A program made the position numbers and the translations under genes. The notes below the pieces were generated by a model that saw only the letters and a program-made list of their open reading frames with translations, was not told the origin of the DNA and made no database searches. From NCBI GenBank assembly GCA_964467475.1, contig CAYXQO010000002.1, forward strand, positions 57,787-121,786: a DNA stretch of 64,000 bases. Direction: 5' to 3'. The DNA is from an uncultured Syntrophomonadaceae bacterium. GTDB taxonomy: Bacteria > Bacillota > Dethiobacteria > DTU022. Below, in pieces: positions 58,110-64,000 of this stretch; within the stretch, counting starts at the first letter, position 1, and each line of letters opens with the position of its first letter.

Positions 58110-58614
58110 AGGCCTGTTGATTTAGCTCACCACTTCCCTTGGGTGCCAGCTTGTGGATGTTTTCCCGAAAAATATCTTTATCCACAAGTTCAGTCGCCGC
58201 ATTGACCACACCCAGTGCCATCATGTTTGCTACTACTTCCCGGCCTAATTCCTCTTTTGCCACCTTTGTGATCGGATACGTCTGGATCTTGTACTCTTCC
58301 TGGAAAGGCCCGGTCACAAAAGTGGAATCGACAATTACCGTGCATCCGGGCTTTACTTTAGGAAGATACTTGTTAAATGCAGCCTGGCTCATGCACAGCA
58401 AGACCGTAGGATCTGCCACCTTGGGATACTCGATAGTATCAACATCAATAATCACCCCGGCCATGCTAGCCCCTCCCCGGGCTTCGGGACCGTATGACTG
58501 GGTTTGGACCACGTTTTTGTTGTCATTGACAGCAGCTTCAGCCAGCACTATTGATGCAAGGATCAATCCCTGGCCTCCCGTACCGGTCAACAAAACTTCC
58601 TGCCTGTTACCCAA
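58036..58614 (-). CDS. korC: 2-oxoacid:ferredoxin oxidoreductase gamma subunit.
   Basis: It contains GTGGQGLILAS, the POR/KOR gamma signature. Confidence 0.75.
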   Translation of the reverse strand: MGNRQEVLLTGTGGQGLILASIVLAEAAVNDNKNVVQTQSYGPEARGGASMAGVIIDVDTIEYPKVADPTVLLCMSQAAFNKYLPKVKPGCTVIVDSTFVTGPFQEEYKIQTYPITKVAKEELGREVVANMMALGVVNAATELVDKDIFRENIHKLAPKGSGELNQQAFDLGYRLYERGSGQDYGISAQTKK

Positions 58615-58638
58615 CTTTACCGCCTCCGCTTTCTTTCT

Positions 58639-59454
58639 TTAGCTTTTACCAATTGATTTATAGTATTCTTCTGAGTATTCAGGAGCATTAAGACTAAAAA
58701 TAACCCCGGTAATGCTCTTATCTTCGAGTTCCTCTTCTTCCATCTTCGTAGCGCGTTCCACAGAGACGCTCTTTTGTTTGATATCTTTTAACATATCCAC
58801 CGGTCCACCTAGCTTATTCCGCCTACCGTAAGCGATCGGGCATGGAGAGAGAGATTCAATTATGGAAAATCCCTTATGTTTTGAGCCCCTGGTTATTAAT
58901 TGCTCAAGCTGACGTGGTTGCGCTGCAGTACCTCTCGCTCCGAACGTCGCACCGGCTCCCCGGGCCAGATCAATCAGGTTAAATTCCCTTTCCACTGTCC
59001 CTCCAGGTGCGGTAGTCGCTTTTTTGCCTTCCGGAGTAAGAGGAGAATGCTGCCCACCGGTCATGCCATAAATGTGGTTATTAACTACCACCGCAGTAAG
59101 ATCTATATTCCTCCTGGCTGCATGAATAAAATGATTGCCCCCGATTGCACTGCAGTCACCATCTCCCATAATCACGAAAAGCTTGAGTTCGGGCCTGGCC
59201 ATTTTTAACCCGGTGGCAAAAGCAAGGGCACGTCCGTGGGTGGTGTGAAGGGTGTTAAAATTCAGGTAACCGGCCGCTCTTGAGGAGCAACCAATCCCTG
59301 AAACAATAACCACATCTTTTTGATCATATTCAGCCCGTTCGATAGCCCTGACCAGGGCAGCGGTTACGATTCCATTGCCACATCCCGGACACCAGATGTG
59401 CGGCAACTTTTTTGTTCTTAAAAAATCTTGAGTGAGCTGTTCTATGATAGCCAC
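58639..59454 (-). CDS. korB: 2-oxoacid:ferredoxin oxidoreductase beta subunit (TPP-binding).
   Basis: It has CPGCGNG and GDGD TPP-binding motifs. Confidence 0.8.
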   Translation of the reverse strand: MAIIEQLTQDFLRTKKLPHIWCPGCGNGIVTAALVRAIERAEYDQKDVVIVSGIGCSSRAAGYLNFNTLHTTHGRALAFATGLKMARPELKLFVIMGDGDCSAIGGNHFIHAARRNIDLTAVVVNNHIYGMTGGQHSPLTPEGKKATTAPGGTVEREFNLIDLARGAGATFGARGTAAQPRQLEQLITRGSKHKGFSIIESLSPCPIAYGRRNKLGGPVDMLKDIKQKSVSVERATKMEEEELEDKSITGVIFSLNAPEYSEEYYKSIGKS

Positions 59455-60572
59455 CTCCCAAGTGCTTCGCTTATCTCATCGGGGGTAATCATTTCCCCAT
59501 CATAACGGTTGATCGGGACAACTTCCGCTTCCCCGGCAACATGCTTTTCCACTTCCCCGACAATTTGACCCATGTTCATTTCCGGAACCAAAATTACATC
59601 GGCCTGTTTGGCCAAAGCCTTAATTTCCCGATCCGGGAACGGCCAAATAGTTTGCAAGCTGAGCAAACCTACCTGCTCCCGATTCTGCCAGTAAGCCTTC
59701 TTCACCACTGCCCGGGCCGAGCGAACGGTACAGCCGTAAGTGACAATTACCACCCTGGGTTCTTTGTGACCAATATAATTGGTCAGCACAATCTCGTCCC
59801 GGTATTTTTCCATTTTTTCATGCAGTCTATCCAGTGACCGTTCCACCTGGGGCGGATCAGTGGTGGGAAACCCGTACTGGTCGTGGAACAGGCCGGTTAC
59901 ATGGTAATAGTGGCCAAAGCCAAATGGAACCAGGGGGGTAACCCCTTTATCATCGTATGGCTTCCAGTCCGGGGGAATTTTATCACTTGATTTTTCCACC
60001 ATTAATCTTCCTTCTTCAGGAATCAAAACTTTTTCCCGCATATGACCAATCACTTCATCTAACAGTATAACAATCGGCTGCCTTAGTTTCTGGCTTAAAT
60101 TAACCGCGGCCACCGTCAAGTAATAAGTTTCGTACACCGAAGCCGGTGAAAAAGCAATAATCGGATGGTCACCGTGGGTGCCCCAGCGTGCCTGCATTAC
60201 GTCTCCCTGGGCCGGCGCTGTCGGCGCCCCCGTACTGGGACCCATGCGCTGAACATTAACAACCACACAGGGAATTTCAGCCATTATCGCATAACCGAGG
60301 TTTTCCTGTTTTAAGGAAAATCCAGGGCCGCTTGTAGCGGTAAGAGTGCGCATTCCCCCGATAGATGCGCCGATAACAGCGGCCATGCTTGCTATTTCAT
60401 CCTCCATTTGAATAAAGACTCCCCCATATTCGGGAAGCCTCGCAGCCATACGTTCAGCAACTTCAGTTGACGGGGTAATCGGGTAGCCGGCATAAAAGCG
60501 GACGCCAGCACTGATTGCCCCTTCGGCACATGCTACATTACCTTGCATCAAGACCGGTTTCGTTTCCGGCAT
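59442..60572 (-). CDS. korA: 2-oxoacid:ferredoxin oxidoreductase alpha subunit.
   Basis: It has POR/KOR alpha domain I and III sequence (GYPITPSTEV). Confidence 0.8.
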   Translation of the reverse strand: MPETKPVLMQGNVACAEGAISAGVRFYAGYPITPSTEVAERMAARLPEYGGVFIQMEDEIASMAAVIGASIGGMRTLTATSGPGFSLKQENLGYAIMAEIPCVVVNVQRMGPSTGAPTAPAQGDVMQARWGTHGDHPIIAFSPASVYETYYLTVAAVNLSQKLRQPIVILLDEVIGHMREKVLIPEEGRLMVEKSSDKIPPDWKPYDDKGVTPLVPFGFGHYYHVTGLFHDQYGFPTTDPPQVERSLDRLHEKMEKYRDEIVLTNYIGHKEPRVVIVTYGCTVRSARAVVKKAYWQNREQVGLLSLQTIWPFPDREIKALAKQADVILVPEMNMGQIVGEVEKHVAGEAEVVPINRYDGEMITPDEISEALGRWLS

Positions 60573-60795
60573 TTACAGAAAGCCTCCTCTTAACCAGCGA
60601 AATCGCAAAATCAGGACAAAATGTTTCACAAATACCGCATGCAGTACATTTTTCCTTTTCCTTTTTAGCTTTGCCCTTTTCATCCATAAAAAGAGCCTCC
60701 TTGGGACAGAAAGCTACACAAATACCGCAACCTTTACACCACTGTTCATTGATCAAAAGATCCGCAGGATCATTATTTCGTTTCATTTGTGCCAA
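60538..60795 (-). CDS. korD: 2-oxoacid:ferredoxin oxidoreductase delta subunit (2x[4Fe-4S] ferredoxin).
   Basis: It has two CxxCxxCxxxCP motifs (CKGCGICVAFCP, CTACGICETFCP). Confidence 0.75.
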   Translation of the reverse strand: MAQMKRNNDPADLLINEQWCKGCGICVAFCPKEALFMDEKGKAKKEKEKCTACGICETFCPDFAISLVKRRLSVNAGNETGLDAR

Positions 60796-60842
60796 GTAAT
60801 TACCGCCCCTTTCATAAAACCCGGCCTATTTTTTTCTTCAAT

Positions 60843-60880
60843 TATAATTTTAAACTTCAGCTATAATTTTAAACTTCAGC
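60843..60880. repeat. Perfect tandem duplication of the 19-bp unit TATAATTTTAAACTTCAGC in the kor upstream region.
   Basis: Copy 1 is at 60843-60861 and copy 2 at 60862-80, with identical sequence. They lie 48-85 bp upstream of the korD start. Confidence 0.9.
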
Positions 60881-61075
60881 CTACCAAAAGTAACAGAAAA
60901 AATCTTTAACCCACCACATATTTTTTTAAAAAATTTACATTAAGATCATAATTTCTTAAAATAATTAATTAACCTGGCAGAGCAGGCGTAAACTTCCCGG
61001 AGCCCACACCCGCTCAACCAATAATTGCAAAAAATAGCTTGTCGCGATTAAACAAGCGGTGATTCTTATTGGGGA

Positions 61076-62365
61076 TTAACCGTACATGCCGTTGTGCAGC
61101 CAGCCCCTGTACTGCATCGCTTCCGCCAGCTTTTTAATCGCATACATGTATGCACCGGTTCTCATATCAGAGCCTTGACAATTTTCACAGTAAAAACCGT
61201 AAACATTATTGAAAGCTCCGATCATTTTTTCCTGCAAGTGCTTATCAACAGTAGGGAAGTCCCATCTGAAGCCATAGTTATTTTGCACCCATTCGAAATA
61301 GGAAACGGTTACCCCGCCACTGTTGGACAATACATCAGGGACAACCAGAACCCCATTATCTTTAAGGATCTGATCGCCTTCCGGTGTAGTTGGACCATTT
61401 GCCCCTTCCACCACAACTTTTGCTTTCACATCAGCAGCATTATTTCCATTGAGTTGATTTTCCATGGCTGCCGGGATTAAAATATCACAATCTAAAGCCA
61501 GCAATTCCTCGTTGGTAATTTCTTTTGGCCCGGAATAACCGGTCAAAGCACCGGTTTTCTTTTTATGGTCAATTACACTTTTAGCATCCAAACCCTTAGG
61601 ATCATATAAACCGGTCTTAGAATCGCTGATCCCAACAATTTTACAACCTTCTTCGGCAAGCAGCAAAGCGGCAAAACCGCCTACGTTTCCGGCTCCCTGG
61701 ATTGCCACCCGTGCTCCTTCAAAGGGAATACCTAGGGTTCTTGCCGCTTCTTTAGCTACATAAACACAACCCCTAGAAGTAGCTTCCTCACGGCCAACAC
61801 AGCCGCCCACAGCAATGGGCTTACCGGTAACCACGCCAAAAGCCGGTTCACGCATGATTGTGGTATACTCATCGGCCATCCAGGCCATCACCTGGGCATT
61901 GGTATATACATCCGGGGCCGGGATATCGGTTTCCGGTCCTAAAACTGTTCCCATTGCCTTGACATATCCTCTTGCGGTTTTTTCAATTTCTTTGGTCGAC
62001 ATGTTTCGCGGATCGCAAACTACAGCTCCTTTACCGCCCCCAAAAGGCGTACCCACCAGGGCGCATTTCAGGGTCATCCACATTGAAAGCGCCTTTACTT
62101 CATCGGCATGTGAATCAGGGTGAAAACGGATACCACCCTTATAAGGTCCCAGGACATTGTTGTGTTGGGAACGGTAACCGGTAAAAACTTTTACCGACCC
62201 GTCATCCATTTCCACCGGGATAGATGTTTCTACAAAACGCATCGGCACCCTTAAATGTTCGTAAACATCATCGCACATACCAAGCATTTCAACCGACTGC
62301 TTGATCAAGCCAAGCGTCGCTTTCAGGGTGTCATCCTTAATCGTTTCTTCCTCTCTTTTCACCAT
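61076..62365 (-). CDS. gdhA: Glutamate dehydrogenase (Glu/Leu/Phe/Val dehydrogenase family).
   Basis: It has the active-site region KGGIRFHP and GxGNVG NAD(P)-binding motifs (GAGNVGGF). Length is 429 aa. Confidence 0.9.
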   Translation of the reverse strand: MVKREEETIKDDTLKATLGLIKQSVEMLGMCDDVYEHLRVPMRFVETSIPVEMDDGSVKVFTGYRSQHNNVLGPYKGGIRFHPDSHADEVKALSMWMTLKCALVGTPFGGGKGAVVCDPRNMSTKEIEKTARGYVKAMGTVLGPETDIPAPDVYTNAQVMAWMADEYTTIMREPAFGVVTGKPIAVGGCVGREEATSRGCVYVAKEAARTLGIPFEGARVAIQGAGNVGGFAALLLAEEGCKIVGISDSKTGLYDPKGLDAKSVIDHKKKTGALTGYSGPKEITNEELLALDCDILIPAAMENQLNGNNAADVKAKVVVEGANGPTTPEGDQILKDNGVLVVPDVLSNSGGVTVSYFEWVQNNYGFRWDFPTVDKHLQEKMIGAFNNVYGFYCENCQGSDMRTGAYMYAIKKLAEAMQYRGWLHNGMYG

Positions 62366-62790
62366 TTCCTAAGCAACCTCCCATTATTGTTGTAATTTCA
62401 CATTAATTTCGGGGGGCTTCTCCCTCCCCCCGGCGCAACCACTAACATGTACCTACTTCATTGATCTATTCGCCAAAAACAGGTTCTTACCTTCATTGAT
62501 CAAATTTTCCATAAAGTATTGTAACATAGTTTGATTACCCGGGGAACTGGTTTATTTTGAAACACTTTTTTTGTTTTCATGGTCATTTTTCATTGCTCTA
62601 AAACATCCAGAATTTCAAGGATCCTGCTATTTTCATTTCTGGATATTAAGGTTTGCCATATAAATTGAAAAGAGAAAAAGCCCGCCAAATAGGAAAATGT
62701 AATAAAAAAACAACTTGTTTGTAATCTTTCTGTAATGTTCAGCCTTTATAATAATAAGTGAGTTGACCCCCTCTTTTTATATATATCCTC

Positions 62791-62818
62791 GGGCGCAGTT
62801 AAAAACTGCGCCCTTTTT
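62791..62818 (+). terminator. Orphan intrinsic terminator hairpin between gdhA and birA.
   Basis: GGGCGCAGUU-AAAA-ACUGCGCCC followed by U5. No annotated plus-strand gene precedes it. Confidence 0.5.
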
Positions 62819-62940
62819 CTTGGCAAGATTTCCCGGAGCCCATATTAGAAACCACACAGCTCCACATGCACAAAAAGTTAAGTGCCAAAATAGTCATTTC
62901 CTTTGTTTCTTCAGGTTTTCCTCATCACAAAACTAATAAT

Positions 62941-62994
62941 GTAAACCAAATAAAATAAATATGGTTGACATTTTGATTTCGCTTAAATATGATA
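62941..62994 (+). promoter_or_regulatory. BirA operator (bioO-like inverted repeat) overlapping the birA sigma-A promoter.
   Basis: TGTAAACC-N15-GGTTGACA spans 62941-62971. The right half-site supplies the -35 TTGACA (62966-62971), with a 17-nt spacer and the -10 TATGAT (62989-62994). Confidence 0.6.
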
Positions 62995-63020
62995 AGAAAT
63001 ACATCTGGAGGTAACTGGAG

Positions 63021-64000
63021 ATGAAAAACAAACACATTAATGGTAAAGGGCTTAACCATAAAGAAAGCGGTAAAAGCATTAACACTAAAGCAATAATCTT
63101 AAAGTCTCTTTTAAAATACCAGGACAGGTACTTACCGGGCGCTTACTTCTGTAAAAAAATTGATATCAGCCGAGCAGCAGTATGGAAACAAATTTGTGCA
63201 TTACGCAAAGAAGGTTACCGCATCGACGCCCGCCCCAACCGTGGCTACCGGCTTCTTGAAAGACCTGACAAACTTCAGCAACTTCTTATTACCGGCAAAA
63301 ATATTTATTATTACGAAACCGTGGACTCAACCAACCTGACTGCTCGCCACCTGGCTGAAGAAGGCGCTCCCGGTGGCTGCACAGTCGTGGCAGAGCAACA
63401 ACTGGCCGGCCGGGGCAGGCTGGGCCGCAGCTGGTTTTCACCACCACAAAGCGGGCTGTGGTTTTCGATGGTACTTAGGCCGGATAAAGCTCCCCCCACT
63501 GATGCTTCGGCAATTACCCTGGTTACCGCAGCAGTCTTGGCCCGCCTTTTTCATGAAAAATATGAACTCCAACTGGAAGTTAAATGGCCCAATGACCTTT
63601 TAATTGGAGGGAAAAAAACCGGTGGTATCCTAACAGAAATAAAGGCGGAACCGGACAGGATTGAATACCTGATCGTTGGTACCGGAATCAATATAAACCA
63701 AAAGCAGTCTGATTTCCCTAAAGAACTAAAGGGACAGGCCACCTCACTTTTTGCTGAAAAAAATACCCGCTTTGACCGCACAAACCTTTTCCTGGAAGCG
63801 CACCACAATCTCACCACCGCTTACCGGAAATTTTTCTATGAAGGCTTTGCTCCCTTTCGAGAACTGTGGAAAAAATACAACCAAACCCTTGGAAAGTTTG
63901 TTACCGTGAGCTGGAGCGGCCACTCACTGCAGGGGACTGCTTTAGATATAGATGAAACCGGAGCTCTGATCATCGAAACCCACCAGGGAGAAAAACAAAT
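63021..64000 (+). CDS. birA: Bifunctional biotin-protein ligase / biotin operon repressor BirA; 3' end runs off the window.
   Basis: A GGAGG RBS precedes ATG 63021. The protein has an HTH region (ISRAAVWKQICALRKEGYRIDARPNRGYRL) and a BPL catalytic domain (AEQQLAGRGRLGRSWFSP, KWPNDLLIGGKKTGGILTE). No stop appears before the window end. Confidence 0.85.
   Translation, partial: MKNKHINGKGLNHKESGKSINTKAIILKSLLKYQDRYLPGAYFCKKIDISRAAVWKQICALRKEGYRIDARPNRGYRLLERPDKLQQLLITGKNIYYYETVDSTNLTARHLAEEGAPGGCTVVAEQQLAGRGRLGRSWFSPPQSGLWFSMVLRPDKAPPTDASAITLVTAAVLARLFHEKYELQLEVKWPNDLLIGGKKTGGILTEIKAEPDRIEYLIVGTGININQKQSDFPKELKGQATSLFAEKNTRFDRTNLFLEAHHNLTTAYRKFFYEGFAPFRELWKKYNQTLGKFVTVSWSGHSLQGTALDIDETGALIIETHQGEKQ

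Noticed and set aside
60843-60880. The tandem repeat considered as a CRISPR or mobile-element remnant.
   Set aside because: It has only two contiguous 19-bp copies with no spacers and no cas genes, so it is a promoter-region duplication.
1-64000. Mobile elements, prophage, CRISPR or rRNA.
   Set aside because: No transposase, integrase or recombinase ORFs, no repeat-spacer arrays and no rRNA-like sequence were found. The only RNA gene is the tRNA-Ala in the leuS leader.

Overview
The window is a 64-kb chromosomal segment, about 48-50% GC, from a Gram-positive anaerobe. The gene order looks Clostridia/Peptococcaceae-like; the core neighbourhood is obg-nadD-yqeK-rsfS ... leuS ... comEA, as in Firmicutes. 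No transposase, integrase, CRISPR array or rRNA was found.

Gene content, in order along the window:
- comEC, 3' end truncated at the window edge.
- A sodium:solute symporter with a small accessory subunit.
- An ECF transporter (S component, ecfA1, ecfA2, ecfT).
- A single 557-aa ORF fusing RNase HI to 6-phosphofructokinase.
- A UPF0182 membrane protein.
- A comEA-pdp-deoC operon.
- An Asp23 family protein.
- leuS, preceded by a T-box leader that contains a complete tRNA-Ala(GGC) gene.
- A ThiF-like E1 enzyme, rsfS, yqeK, a small RRM protein, nadD, obg, rpmA and rplU.
- A tungstate ABC transporter (tupABC) plus a MOT1-family molybdate/tungstate transporter, behind a structured leader with a terminator that may be a cofactor riboswitch.
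- rng, a TIGR03960 radical-SAM protein with its DUF2344 partner, radC and maf.
- A roughly 17-kb same-strand block on the minus strand: rnfCDGEAB, then an Mbh-type Mrp antiporter gene set (mrpE, F, G, three MrpB-like pieces, mrpC, and four MrpD/NuoL-like subunits, with no MrpA), then apbE and a Gx-family membrane protein.
- folC and valS.
- A GlnK/GlnL-like two-component system, a four-subunit 2-oxoacid:ferredoxin oxidoreductase and glutamate dehydrogenase.
- birA, 5' part only, with its operator.

The most unusual items are (1) the tRNA-Ala gene sitting between Stem I and the antiterminator of the leuS T-box, (2) the Rnf-Mrp supercluster, including NuoL-like C-terminal extensions on two antiporter subunits, and (3) the RNase HI-PFK fusion.
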